Source of the DNA: Octopus sinensis
Lineage: Eukaryota
Length of the DNA stretch: 64,000 nucleotides
Direction of reading: 5' to 3'
Assembly: GCF_006345805.1 (NCBI RefSeq)
Contig: NC_043005.1
Location: 76,880,001 to 76,944,000, forward strand
Below, piece by piece: positions 13,451 through 27,400 of this stretch (its first letter is position 1; each line of letters starts with the position of its first letter). The translations under genes and the position numbers were made by a program. The notes under the pieces are model-generated. The model worked only from the letters and a program-made list of their open reading frames with translations. It was not told the DNA's origin and did no database searches.

Positions 13451-13978
13451 TGTGTGCGTGCGTGTGCGTGTTCAGAAGATCACTCACAAACCCTCCAACA
13501 GACCCGGATCAGAGTAGACTCTTCCGCCCTTTAGCTTCTCATCTATCAGAAGCTAACACCAACAAAATCTGCAATCTAATAACTACTGGGTTTCTGGCAC
13601 TTGTAACATCAGACCAATACAAGTTTCAAGGATGAGGAAGTGGAACTGATGACTGACTTTGACTGAACTATGCCCATTATAATAATGGTCATTTCGCCGT
13701 GGTCAACTTTGCTTTTATCCTTCCGAAGTCGATAAAACAAATAGCAACAGCACAGTGGGGTCGATGTAATCGACTAGCCATTCTCCTCACAAATTTCAGG
13801 TCTTGTTCCTAGAGTAGACAGGATTATAATAATAATTGTGCAAGTTGTTCTGCAAAGCTAAACCTCTGCATCAGCACCATCATGCTTTATTCATAAGTCC
13901 TGTGTTGATAAGGAAAAAGGCGACGGTGACAGGTAGGGGATGCATTACGAAGTCTTCAGCTTTGAACAAGATCGTCGT

Positions 13979-14353
13979 GGCGCTCCGTCGGTTACGAAAA
14001 CAAGGGTTCCAGTTGATCCGATCAACTGAAAAGCCTGCTCATGAAATTAACGTATAAGTGGCTGAGCACTCCACAGACACGTGTACTCTTAACGTAGTTC
14101 TCGGGGAGATTCAGCGTGACACAAAGTGTGACAAGGCTGGCCATTTGGAATACAGGTACAACAGAAACAGGAAGAAAGAACGAGAGACAGTTATGGTGAA
14201 AGTGTGCAGCAGGGTTCGCCACCACTGCCTCGTGGGGCGTTTAGGTGTTTTTGCTCAATAAACACTCACAGCGCCTGGTCTGGGAATCGAAACCGCGATC
14301 CAGCCTATGACCGCGAGTCCGCTGCCCTAATAACTGGGCCATGGCATCTCCAC
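13979..14353 (-). mobile_element. tRNA-headed SINE, family B
   Basis: Reverse-complement match to 29947-30330 over the full length. Confidence 0.9.
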
Positions 14354-15906
14354 TGTTTGAACCAGATAACGTGCGGCCTTAGAGTTATGGTTGATTTTAG
14401 TTGAACACTCACTCGTCGAAAGACGTGAAGTCTCCCCTATGCGATTATATGGCAGATATGAGCAAAATATGGGATTACAACTACACCATAACACTGAAAG
14501 GGCGTAGATAAGCCTTAACATTCCTGTCTTTATTTAATATCGAGGAAAAGTCAAGATTAGTAAATTATAATGCTCATCGCTTTCAAGCTGTTCCCAAAAA
14601 CTACAGATTCGCTTCGACGGTAAACAAAGTTCCAACTAGTAAAAGTAACTGATGTCGCGATGTAATTATTGCCCGGCGACTCTCGTACATCGGACTCTAC
14701 GATGCTCACATCAGCTATTTTTAAATGCGGAATCAATAAGTAATCATAAATATAATATGATATTAAGCCTAAGATGCAAATAAGAAGTGACAGATAATCA
14801 CATCTAAAAAAATAAAGCAAATGGTAATTACAAAAGATTTATCGTACAGCGGTGAAAATAAAGATGTTCCTGTACCGTTCTGATTGATAGCGATTCTTTT
14901 AGGTTAATAACTATTACTAATTCGAGTGTTCTTTCCCCTGGCAAACCCGAGCTGGGATGGTGGTAGTAATAGTTGTGGCTGTATGATGTAATTGTATTCA
15001 AATAATTGACAAAACGTTGCCCGTCGCCATATTTCTTTCGATATGAGTTAGCTGTTCGTTATTTTCGTAACATCAATTCAGTTTTCGGATCATCGTAAAA
15101 TTGCTATTATTAGTGTAATTAAAACCAAATCTTTTTGTTTTTAGGTTTTATTTTACGTTAGTTTTTTTATTCTCTTCGGAGAAAACTTTTGAAACAAGTA
15201 GTGTTCTGTAGGGCTGAACGAATTTAAGACTTGAATCATTGAGTCTTAAGCCAATAATTTTCATTTTCAAAACCTCCCAGGGACTTTAAAAAGCTTTCAA
15301 ATTGAATGGAGCGGACATATTTGTCCTTGACAAGCTGCATGAGAAGCTATACTTTCAGGATATGGTTTAAGAAACCCACTTTGTACATTGGACGAAGATC
15401 TAAACAGCGGTACATGCTTTTCAGCTTCATGTGAATTCCAATTATGAAATCTCTGAAGTTTGTTCTGCTTCTTATAAAACAACGTGTTTCTTCCTTAAGA
15501 ATTCAATGCCAGTTTTGTAACAAGACAATTTTATTTCTTTGGACAAGTCAGTTAGCAATGAATAAATATTTTTCAAAACAACAACACAAAAAAGCATGAT
15601 CGATCTAGAGTCTGTAGGCAGAAACACATTTATTTCGTTTATTGTTATCATATAAAATATTATATTGATAGGCGACGGCAAAGTTCTCTTGTGGCGTTTA
15701 GTTATCAATAATCAATTTCTTCAATGTTGAGATCAAATCTTGCCAGAGTCTATATTGCTTATAATGTTTCTAGACTGATAAATTAAGTTAAATACTGGGC
15801 GATTTTGCCTTCAGTGTAAACAAACTATTATTACAATAACATTATGTTTGTGTACATACATACATACATACATACATACATACACATACATACATACTAA
15901 TGTACA

Positions 15907-15963
<57 letters not shown>

Positions 15964-16128
15964 TATATATAGAAAGAGAGAGAGAGAGAGAGTTCTACCC
16001 AGTGGGTCTGAACCCGTAACCATATTTGGAAAACAAACTTTTTACCACATGTCTGTGTTTTAAGAAGTGAAAAGTGATTTGAGGGAGAGCTCGGTTGTTT
16101 TCCTGGTCGGTCGAGCGACCATGTTGAC

Positions 16129-16350
16129 CAGTGGTTCTCATCTGGGGTCCATATGACCCTTGGTGTTCCATATGAAATTTTGTTGTTAGAAGTTTATCTG
16201 AAATGAATTCGTTATTCTTCTACAATGCAGAAACTATTCTAACAATTATTTTTATACAATTCTTAATAATATTTAATTACAAAATTACTATAGAATTTTC
16301 AAAACATGGAATGATTTATGAGGGCTCACCTGAGTAAAATAAGAATCAAA
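16129..16350 (+). mobile_element. Probable hAT MITE remnant
   Basis: Begins CAGTGGTTCTCATCTGGGGTCC. The right TIR and TSD are not recognisable. Confidence 0.4.
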
Positions 16351-16730
16351 GAGTGCTTTTGCCTTTATGGCTCATAAAAATAAATTAATTTCTGTTATTA
16401 ACTAAAGGCCAAGAATTTTACGAGGCGGATATCTGACCCTAGTATATGTATACTATTTATTTGTCTCACATCATCATTATTCCTTCTCCAAGGACCGTAT
16501 TGAGACCCCCACAAACCCCCCCCCCAAAAAAAAAAACCAGTAGAATGCCAGATTAAATATTTTACACTTCCTTATGTTTTGAATTTTCCTCTTGCTAAGG
16601 ACGATTTAATATTTTGGTCTTCTGATGTCAGTAAGTCAAATAATGTGCTCCATTAAGTGTGTGTATATCTATAGCTGCATCTGTCTGTCTGTCTGTCTCT
16701 CTCTCTGTCTAGCTATATGTCTATCTATTG

Positions 16731-16816
<86 letters not shown>

Positions 16817-17516
16817 ATGTGCGTGTCTGTTTGTGTCGTTGTCTTTGTACTTCAAACAGTCGTCAGCCAGTTTTGCTTTCTTTATGTCCTCATAACAGAG
16901 CGATTAATGAAAAATAGACCGATAAAATAAGGACTAGGCTTAGAAGAAAATAAGTGCTGGGGGTCATTTCGTTCAACTAAAATCCTTTAAAGCGATGCCA
17001 TTGAAGGGTTTAGTCAAACAAGTAACAGAAAGACGAGAATAAAATATTTGTTATGCCCTTCAAAGTGTTGATCTGGCTGTAAACCGCAACAACATTAATA
17101 TTTTCTTAGCGTCTTACAGACGTAATATTGGTTTCGAGTTTTGGCACAAGACAAGCAAGGTTGGGAGAGAGAGTAAGTCGATTACATTAACCCCAGTGAC
17201 TGACTGGTACTTAGTTTATCGAAGTTGAAAGATGAAAGGCAAAGTCAAGCTCGGCGGAATTTGAAATCAGAAAGCAGGGACGGACGAAATGCCGCTGAGT
17301 ATTGTACTGGTCCTGCTAACGATTCTGTCAGCTTGCAGCCTTCAACAGTTAAAATATCGGTTTCTATTTTTGGCACAAGGCCATCAATTTCGAGGGCGAG
17401 GTAAGTCGATTAGATCGACCTTAGTACTCATCTGCTACATATATTTCATCAACCCCAAAAATACGAAAGGTAAAATGGACCTGGGCGGAATTCGAACTCA
17501 TGCCGTGAAGATGTAG

Positions 17517-17756
17517 GAAATACTTATTTCTTTACTACCCACAAGGGGCTAAACACAGAGAGAACTAACAAGGACAGACAAACGGACTAAGTTGATTATA
17601 TCGACCCCAGTGTGTAACTGGTACCTGTTTAATCGACCCCGAAAGGATGAAAGGTAAAGTCGACCTCGGCGGAATTTGAACTCAGAACCTAGCGGCAGAC
17701 GAAATACCGCTAAGCATTTTGCTCGGTGTGCTAACGTTTCTGCCAGCTCACCGCCT
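17517..17756 (-). mobile_element. SINE family D, full-length copy within a cluster
   Basis: Matches 61597-61821. Other degraded copies at ~577-750, 2540-2920, 12770-12870, 13695-13830, 17140-17510, 17770-17990, 18648-18860, 20120-20310, 26400-26530 and 52460-52530. Confidence 0.9.
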
Positions 17757-19344
17757 TCTTAACAATCATAATACTGAATTGAAATTTTGGCACAAGGCCA
17801 GTAAATTCTGTGGCGTGGGTGGGAAGTCGATTAGATCGACCCCAGTCCCTAACTGGTACTTATTTTATCGAATCCGAAAAGATGAAAGGCAAAGTCAACC
17901 TCGGTGGAATTCGAATACTGATCGTGAAGACGGACGAAAAGCTGCTAAACATTTTTTCCGGCGTGCTAATGACTCTGCCAGGTCGCCGCCTTTTTTTGAC
18001 ATTCATAATATTAATACCTGGTTTAATTAATTGCTGTCGTTCATAATGCAAGCAATCACAAAGTTGGCCAAACTGAGAGACTGATATTTAATGTACAAAA
18101 TTTAATATTTGTTTTAATTGTTCAAAAAAGCAATGACGACCCCTAACTTATTCAGACTTTATTTATTGGGCTGACAATAATTAGAAAACATTTGATTGTG
18201 TCGTACTCTTTCACCGATGAAATATCAATATCATAATCCCCAATACCATGTAAGGTTGATTAACAACTTTCCATACACCGTTGTCGTCATTAATGCACCA
18301 TTGAATAAATTAATTCAATATTGTATAAATTATCTTCTTTAGGTCACGATGACCAAAAAAACAAATATATACAACACGCCCCGATTTTGATATAATTATA
18401 TGAACTTCATGTCTATATTTTCTTTTCATTAATGGCTCAAGATGCAGAAGCAGCAAAGTGATTAAATGAATATTTTGTATTATTAAAGCGTATCGCATGT
18501 ATTTTCACGAGTTCAGATCTTATCTACATTCCTATCGTCTCAACGATATCTATAAAATATGTACCAGTGATTCCCTTGGGTTGAGTCAATCGATATTACT
18601 GCTACTCTGCTAATTCGTAAACTGTTGTCAATATGATCGATAAACTGAAGGCGGTGACCTGGCAGGATCGTTAGCACGCCGGTCCCAACGCTTAGCCGCA
18701 TTTCCTCTGTCTGTACGTTCTGAGTTCAAATGCCGCCAACGTCGACATTGCCTTTTTTTTCTTTCGGGATCTACAAAATAAGTACCGGTTGAGGACTTTG
18801 TCGAAGTAATCGACTTCACTCCTGTCCCAAATCTGCTGGCCTTGAGCCAAAATTTGAAACCAACATGATCAATAAACTAAGTCAAAATGTCGAGGAAACT
18901 AGTGATTTGTCTACAAGAGTTTTAAGAGAAGATTTTAATGAATTCAATACCTTCTAGCTAGAGGACAGCAGAGCTGCATTCATAGCGATGAGCCCTGCTA
19001 TTTTATTTCTAGTATTTAGTAATGTCCCTTAAAATACTATTTTCAAATTTCACTTTGTTGGTTTTAACATTGCATCCTTTTACAAAAGATAAAGTATATA
19101 TCGAGCGTATGCTGAGTTTCATTCTCTCTTGAAAATCAATGGCCGTTTGCCAAAACCAGAAATTAATGTTTTCTCGGTAATTTCTCTTATGGTTATAACA
19201 ATAATGTCTAGTTTATTTTATTGTCAGTTGTAATTCATGAAAGCCTCTCATTATTGATTTGACTGTTAGATTCCAAGGTTCGTTTCCTTGACTGGGCGTT
19301 TTGTATTTGCATAATAACGACGCCCAACTTTCAACAATCCAATA

Positions 19345-19441
<97 letters not shown>

Positions 19442-19444
19442 TCA

Positions 19445-19808
19445 TTACAGATATAGGGTGAAAGATAATTAATTTAATAAAATCAACAAATTTTACCTAG
19501 TAGTTTTTCGGTATGGAAAAGGACCATATTCGGTAAAAACTTATACAAAAAGTTTTTTTATATATAATTATAACAATAAGGGTTTAGCAACAGGTTGCTT
19601 GACCACATACCGAAAATTTTAGAAATAGCAGCCAAAAGACTATTTCCTTTTTCTATAAATATATGTCTCCACAAACAGCAATATTTGTAACTCACACATG
19701 GCAAAAAACATATTTCTGTAGAAAAAGGAAATAGTAGTATTTTGGCTGCTATTTCTAAAATTTTCGGTAGGTGGTCAAACAGCTTGTTGCTAAATCGTTA
19801 TTGTTATA

Positions 19809-19812
<4 letters not shown>
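19445..19812. repeat. Fold-back repeat in (TA)n; related single arm at ~12190-12400
   Basis: ~90-bp arms 19567-19655/19719-19810. The segment 19450-19650 matches 12190-12400 in reverse complement. Confidence 0.8.
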
Positions 19813-19855
<43 letters not shown>

Positions 19856-20454
19856 GATTCATATAATTCTGCTTTGCTAATATAGAGTGGAGTCAGCAGG
19901 CAAAGGAAGAACATAACCGTTCAAACAATTACTTAGGTTCTCAGCGATCAGTGGACCTGCTAGCTACCGATTCCTCTTCATTTTCACATGACTCCAATGA
20001 ATGGTCGCAGCTATGGCAAGGGAAATAATCACTTCATCATATAATAAAGCAGGATTAGAAATTTGAAGTTGAAATCAAGAAAATATACAGTGTACCTGAA
20101 ATAATCATTTCCACTGATAATAAAAGGCCTGAAATATTGAGGAGGAGACTGGTCGATAACACCGACGCCAGTATTAGACTGGTATTTTATTTTATCGACC
20201 CACCGTCTCGAAAGGATGAAAGGCAACATCGATCTCTGTGGGATCGAATTTAGAGTGTAAAGACGGAAAAATTGCATTTTGTCTGGTGTGCTAATCATTC
20301 TGCCAGTTCGGTTTTTTATTCTGCCTGAAATAAAAAGAAATGGCTCGGTTATGTCTGTAAAATACAGGATAATATGTTTACCGATTAGTGGTGACCACGG
20401 ACTAAACAACAAAGAGAACAGTATTAATACGGATCCCGATTTCATTCGTGATTC

Positions 20455-20827
20455 GTAAGTTTGGCTGTGTGGTTAAGATGCCTGCTTATCAACCACATGG
20501 GTCCAGGTTCAGTCCCATCGTACACTACCTGGAAGTTTCTTCTACTTTAGAGCTGTGAGTAAAATTTGTGAGTGAATTTTGGCACACGGAAATTATGTGG
20601 AAATCCGTCGTATATATATATACATACATCTATATATATATATATATATATGTAGGTCCCGGGTTGAGTCGGAGTTAACCACAGTAAATAAGGTACTCAA
20701 TACATGGCAGAGTAAATTAATTTATTTTATAGAAGGAGCTTCTACAGGACTAGAACTGTTTCATTCAAATGAAATCATTTGAATGAAACAGTTCTAGTCC
20801 TGTAGAAGCTCCTTCTATAAAATAAAT

Positions 20828-20858
<31 letters not shown>

Positions 20859-20989
20859 GGAGAGAGAGAGAGAGAGAGAGAGATTTTAATATGCTAAACC
20901 ACTGGCTTTAAATTGATATTAATCAAATTAATATTCAATTTTTCATCCTTATTATTTTAAACTTAAATTTATATATATATAATAAATAA

Positions 20990-21033
<44 letters not shown>

Positions 21034-21240
21034 AGGTGTATGTATCTGTGTGTTTGTGTTGACCCCTCCCATCGATTGACAAGTGCTAGTTCGTTTACGT
21101 CCCCGTAATCTGGCGGTTCAGTAAAAAAAATACTAATAGAATAAGTACCGTAATAAATTCAAATTCCGGGGCCGATTAGTTCGTCTCAAACCGTTCAAGG
21201 CGGTATCCCAGTATGGCCGCTGACAGAAATATAAGATAAA
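20455..21240 (+). mobile_element. SINE family C, split by inserts in its internal (TA)n
   Basis: Head 20455-20610 and tail 21040-21240, separated by microsatellites, the hairpin element at 20651-20830 and an AT-rich segment. Confidence 0.65.
20651..20830. repeat. PLE-tail-derived fold-back element with a perfect 56-bp inverted repeat
   Basis: 20717-20772 is the exact reverse complement of 20775-20830. Same family as 30640-30830 and 31752-31815. Confidence 0.85.
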
Positions 21241-21534
21241 AGATGCAGTTTGAAACTCAATATTTTCCGCTGACCAGAAATCAGACAAGGCTGAGGGGAG
21301 CACAAGATTCATCCATTGAAGTATCATAGTTCAAAAGAACACACACACACACACACACACACATACACACACTCACACACACACACATACACACACACAC
21401 ACACACACACAAAGTGGTAGTAGCAATGGCATGGACAATAGTTATGTATCCAAGCTGCAAGTTGAAATTCTAATACAAACATTAGGTACCAATAATTTGT
21501 AGGATAATTTTATTACATCAGTTATTCTCTAAAA

Positions 21535-21850
21535 CAGCAACCTCTTAAACTTTTTTTCATTCATGACCCCAATTTTAGTCACGAGATTTTTCGCGACCCC
21601 AAGTATGAAATATTAAATAAAGCATACAAATATATACATAAATCATTAATTTTTTTTTTGCTGAACAATATACATATATATATATATAAGTAGTTATGTT
21701 ATGTGTCAAAATAAAATTAGTTTAAGGATTTGTGCATCTGTGAAATAACATATAAACGGAAATTCAAATGTTTGAATTTAATTTTAGTGATCCGAGCATT
21801 TTACTTCGCGACCCCAAATGGTGTCGTGGCCTATAGATTTAGAAGCGCTG
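21535..21850. mobile_element. hAT (Charlie-like) MITE
   Basis: Perfect 8-bp TSD CTCTAAAA at 21527-21534 and 21851-21858; CAGC...GCTG termini; internal GCGACCCC subterminal motifs. Confidence 0.75.
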
Positions 21851-22733
21851 CTCTAAAATAAAATGTTGGGTTATTACCGACTCAAAAGAAATGAAAATAT
21901 TTCTGTAAAATGTATGACTTTAGGACCATGGATTAGCATGGTGTTTCATTGTAAACTTAAAAAAAGAAACGGAACCACTTCCTCCCAGTCATAGCTAACG
22001 CCCATACTTGATATCACTGCTAAAATCTTATGAAGATACAACTCTGCATGGTTTGAAGCAAAGGTGGCAGACTATAGATGTAACTTATTGAGCGCTTCCA
22101 GCTGGTTAGAGATGCATAGGTCGTCACTCTTCGAATGCCATAGGACTTTCAGTAGATGGAATGACAAATGAGGTCACCAGAAAGAGACATCTGTACGTCA
22201 TTGGATTATAGTGATAAACGTTTGTACAACGCATATACGTTATTCTGAATCTCCTTCGTTAATACTTAGTGACAGGATACTAGAATGTCTCTCTCCTAGA
22301 AAGACACCATCACAACAACTAGAGGTCCCTCATTCCTGGTGGTTTTACAGCGCTATCTAATACCCACGAAGTGTGTGTGAAGTTGGTTAGAGTATTCCGC
22401 TGACGATCGTATGACCGTGAGTTCGATTCCCGATGGTGCGTTTTGTCGTTGAGCAAAACGCTTTATTTCATGTAATTCAAAAGGGCCAGTTTTGTCGTAT
22501 TCTGTTTCATTCTGAGATTTCCCTGACAACTAAATTAAGGGTACAAGGTCTGTGGAATGCTCAGCCACATGCACGTTGATTTCACGAGCTGACTGATACG
22601 TAGATCGATTTAGCCTCTTCATTATAACCGACGGAGTACTAGCTGCCGGTATCCCGTGCAGGGGAGAAGTGTATACGCTACAGAATCTGTAGCGTGTGAG
22701 CCAATGGCTCGGGAAGAACCTTTGATCCTTTAT

Positions 22734-22771
<38 letters not shown>

Positions 22772-22921
22772 TTATATTTATATATATATATATAAAACAA
22801 AGGAAGGGGTGGAGGCTTTATATGTTTTTATAATTTGTTGTTATCGTATATTATATTACATTATAATGTAAATTAGTTGTTAGTTTGTCTATTGTATTTC
22901 CTTATTTCATTTAATATTTGT

Positions 22922-22957
<36 letters not shown>

Positions 22958-23828
22958 TACATACATACACACACGCGCACACACACACCAGCACACATAT
23001 ACATGCATTACATAACATACACACATACATACATTCTCAATATATACGACTGGCTTCCGTACATTTTCCGGCTAACACATTCAGTCAGAATATTTTGGTA
23101 GGTCTAGGAGTTATAACAGAAGACACTTTCGGAACGGGGTGCCGCACAGTAGAACTGAACCCCAAAACCACAAGTTTTCAAAGTGACCTTCGTAAACCAC
23201 ACACATACACAACCAAACCTGTGCCTGTCTGAGTTTTCCTATAATTTACAGAGTCCCTCTTGGTTTGTTAATGAAGTAGTCTCATTATATCGAAGATGTC
23301 TGAAGATATTCACTTCGCGTTTGCGACTGAAGTAATAAGTGTCGCAATATGATAGAAATGGTGTAAAGGACACGTCAATAGAGATGAGAAAGAAAAGGCA
23401 ACAAGTGTTATTTGTGTTGAACATTGTGTATAAAACTATTTACTTGTTACGATAGAGACCGACCTTGGAATATTATGAATATAACACATAATGTCATAAC
23501 TTGTGTAGCTACTATATTAATCAATACATTTAAACATTACCTTTTCTGGGCACATTTTTGTATTTCGCTGAAAGAATGTCTACGAATGTAATCAATATTA
23601 ATCTGTTTTCTATTTTAGGCTGCTCTTTACACACGCAACATTTCTATGTATGTATGTATTTACGTATGTACACATTTACGTATATCTGTGTATATATATT
23701 TGTCTGTGTACGTATGCATAAAAGACGCCCATAGTGACGTAAAATCCAAGTACTGCCGTTGATTCGTTCGAGTAAACCCCTTCAGCAACGCAGTGCCCCA
23801 ACATGTCTGCAGTCCAATAACTGAAACA

Positions 23829-24234
23829 GGCGTGGCTGTGTGGTAAGTAGCTTATTTACCAACCACATGGTTCCGGATTCAGTCCCACTGCGTGGCACCT
23901 TGGGCAAGTGTCTTCTACTATAGCCTCGGGCCGACCAAAGCCTTGTGAGTGGATTTGGTAGACGGAAACTGAAAGAAGCCCGTCGTATATATGAATATAT
24001 ATGTATGCGTGTCTATGTTTGTGTGTCTGTATTTGTCCCCCTAGCATTGCTTGACAGCCGATGCTGGTGTGTTTATGTCCCGGTAACTTAGCGGTTCGGC
24101 AAAAGAGACCGATAGAATAAGTACTGGGCTTACAAAAGAATAAGTCCCGGGGTCGAGTTGCTCGATTGAAGGCGGTGCTCCAGCATGGCCGCAGTCAAAT
24201 GACTGAAACAAATAAAAGAGTAAAAGAGTAAAGA

Positions 24235-24235
<1 letters not shown>
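23829..24235 (+). mobile_element. tRNA-headed CORE-like SINE, family C (possibly OR2-like) with an internal TA/CA tract
   Basis: GGCGTGGCTGTGTGGTAAG head, GGTTCAGTCCC-like B box, CACCTTGGGCAAGTGTC core-like motif, tail ending AAAAGAGTAAAAGAG. Confidence 0.85.
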
Positions 24236-24272
<37 letters not shown>

Positions 24273-24327
24273 TTTCACAACGCCTTGGTCGGCCCGAAGA
24301 TATTTGCCCAAGGTGCCACGTGGTGGG

Positions 24328-24654
24328 ACTGCACCCGGAACCATGTAGTTCGTAAGCAAGCTACTTACCATACAGCCCCTCTCTCTCTGGCTTCCGTACA
24401 TTTTCCGGCTAACACATTCAGTCAGAATATTTTGGTAGGTCTAGGAGTTATAACAGAAGACACTTTCGGAACGGGGTGCCGCACAGTAGAACTGAACCCC
24501 AAAACCACTGCACCCGGAACCATGTAGTTCGTAAGCAAGCTACTTACCATACAGCCCCTCTCTCTCTGGCTTCCGTACATTTTCCGGCTAACACATTCAG
24601 TCAGAATATTTTGGTAGGTCTAGGAGTTACCATACAGCCCCTCTCTCTCTCTCT
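24328..24654. repeat. Complex templated insertion / local duplication
   Basis: 24387-24508 is an exact copy of 23050-23171; 24328-24450 is repeated at 24507-24629. Confidence 0.9.
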
Positions 24655-25729
24655 GTATATATATATATATAATTATTAAGGTGACTAGACCATTGTCAGC
24701 GAATATACTCGTGCTCTGTTCGTGGCTAAGAGTTCTTCGACTCTTATTTCTAGCAAAGTTAGTGAAGACTCACGCCCTTCGTCGCTTTCAGTGACGATTA
24801 AATTTTGCCCACATACATACATACATACATACATACATACGATGGCGTGTGTGCACGTGTGTGTGTGTGTGTAATTATGTATGTATTGTTTTTAAGTTTG
24901 AGTATTATTCTGTTTACTACTGTGAATATTTTGAATGCTGCAAATGTAAGTTTTAATGAGGAACCCATTGTAATTCCATCATAGTGTTTGTATAAATTAC
25001 CTTGTGGGCAGCGAAAAGGAAAAAAAGAAAAGCACTTTATTTCTGCATATCATTAGCAGTGTATGTTTGCTAGGCTAAAGGAAAGGAATAGTTTAGGAAA
25101 TCCACAGATCAAACTGTTCGGCTAAACAAAGCATAGATTTATAAGTAAAATCCTCGGCTTTGGTAGGACATATAGACAAGGACACGATTACAAGAAATCA
25201 CTCACGTCTTTATCACTGCATAAGCATTACTGAAACAGGATTAGCAAATTACTTTAGCGGCTGAGGGCAATCGCCCACAAGCGTTGGTGGGGTACCATAG
25301 AGAGAGTTATGAGATAAGACTCTATAGCACTTCTAAGGAACTAGCGATAGAGTGAAATACATGAGAGGATTAGCTTGTAAGACATTTAACATAGGTGATT
25401 AATTAAGACATAATGATCTCGATATCCAAGTGGCGAGAATAGTCCTCGCCCATTTCTTCAACATGAAAAATAAAGGCTGTTCTGTCAGAGCAAGGGCTTG
25501 TTCACTAAAACATGTTTGTAATTTCCTCATTCATTCATAGGCCCAGAGGCAAGTAAGACAATTCATTACTATTGTTGTTGATATCATCATCATCATTAGT
25601 ATTGTTATCATGTTATCATTATCATTATATAATGAAAACTCACTGCTTATTTTGCTGGTATGATGGAAAGTATCAGCTGTCCACAGACAGCAGACTAACG
25701 TAACACTTCTTTACTGGCAATTTTCATTG

Positions 25730-25785
<56 letters not shown>

Positions 25786-27299
25786 TCATGTTTCACTTTT
25801 GCTTTACATTTGTACTAGATGGCTCCAAGTCTCACCCAGAGATTTCAAGAGGCAACAAGTTAGAAGTTCATGTTGGTGATATGCCTAGAGTGCCATATAT
25901 TTAGTTCTGTACATAGTGATGTTTTAGAATCTAGAGAATGTTTAAGAAACCATAAGAAAATTATGTGTTGGTTTTAAAATTTGAGATTACATAGAAAGTA
26001 TTTTGCGTAGGATATGAGCGCTATCTATTGAATTTTTTTCATGTTGAAGGTTTTCTGGTATCTGAGCTAGGTAGCTATGAATCCTAGGGCACTTATGACA
26101 ACAGGTTTTGTCAAGAACCTTCCCATGTATCCCAGCTATCGCTAATAACACAGATTTCTGAAGCTGCAGTAAATTAGGTTTTACGTGTATTTTCCGCCAT
26201 CCCTTTGTTCAAATCTTTAGGGATAATTCCTAATCCATCTATAACTACAATGATACATTTTACCCGCACTTTCCATTATCTCTGTAACTCAAAAGCTAGG
26301 TCCTAGTACTTTGTCATTTTCTCTATACCTCTCGTATTGACTTACTCTTCACTCGTGACTGTAAAGTCAATTATCTGGCACCATCTATTCCCTTTGCAGC
26401 ATTCTTGCTGCATTTGTTTCGAATCTATACGTTCTGAGTTCAAATACAACCATGCTAAAATTTACTTTTCATCCGTTCAGAGCCGAGAAATAAAGTACCA
26501 ATCAAGTTTTTGGGATCGATAATATCGTTTAATCACCAGAAAACTACTGAGCAGGCAGAAACTTTACAGTGTCAGGCTTATATGCCTTGCAACATTTCTT
26601 TCGGATATTTATGTACTGAGTTGAAAAACCCTACCGAGATCGAGTGTGTTTTTCATCCTGTCCTGAAATCAAATTGGTTGCCCAAGTGAAATCAATGACC
26701 TTGTGGCTAAGGCAAACGTATAATACACGCACACACGCACACACACACACATAAGATTAAGGAGCAAAAGAAAGAGGCAATCGAAACAGATTGTAGGAGT
26801 TATATACAGCTTTAATTACGTTTTTACTCAGTTCCCCATGACTTGAAGTTTGGTGTGGTAGGACACGACTATCTCAGACTTTGCTAAGAGAAAAAAGAAG
26901 GATTTGAGACAAGTTCAAAATGGCTTCTATGCACTAATCCTCCCTTTTATCAATTCATGTTATATGGTATTAATGCTGCATGAGCAACACCAACTATTCT
27001 TTATGTTTCGAACATGATGCTAAGATGCTGGTGCTACTTTGGCGGCAGATTTCGGTATAATGTATTTGGTGTCACCGGTACCTTGCATTGGGCACCCCAC
27101 ATGCGAAAGTGGATTGCTGGCGCGAGTCGGTAGCTCAATGGCTGTTCAGTGAAGTATTAGCACATTGTCAGCAACTGTCTTCAGGTGGGAGTTGCAAAAG
27201 TCGATGGCACTGGGTTACAGTTGAGGGTGGACAACCAGTATGGGTGTTGGCTGTTGTCTATACGGCGGCAGAGAATAGATGCCTTGCGAATGTATGTGG

Positions 27300-27400
27300 G
27301 AAATATAGGACAAGTGTTTTCTTGTGCCTACAGAGTATCTCAACAGGCATGATAGAGCTGCACAATATATTCACTGAGTAATTTGCAAAAACCTGGCAGT
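27300..27400 (+). mobile_element. Fragment of an R4/Dong-like (RLE) LINE C-terminus
   Basis: The frame from 27327 reads PTEYLNRHDRAAQYIH*VICKNL, the RHD motif that follows the zinc finger in RLE-type LINEs. Confidence 0.7.

Noticed and set aside
14557-14715. Candidate minus-strand exon (ADVSIVESDVRESPGNNY...)
   Set aside because: A plausible AG and an open frame are present, but there is no recognisable product and no partner exons.
23829-23900. tRNA genes at SINE heads
   Set aside because: A and B boxes are present, but there is no complete cloverleaf and the sequence continues into the SINE body.
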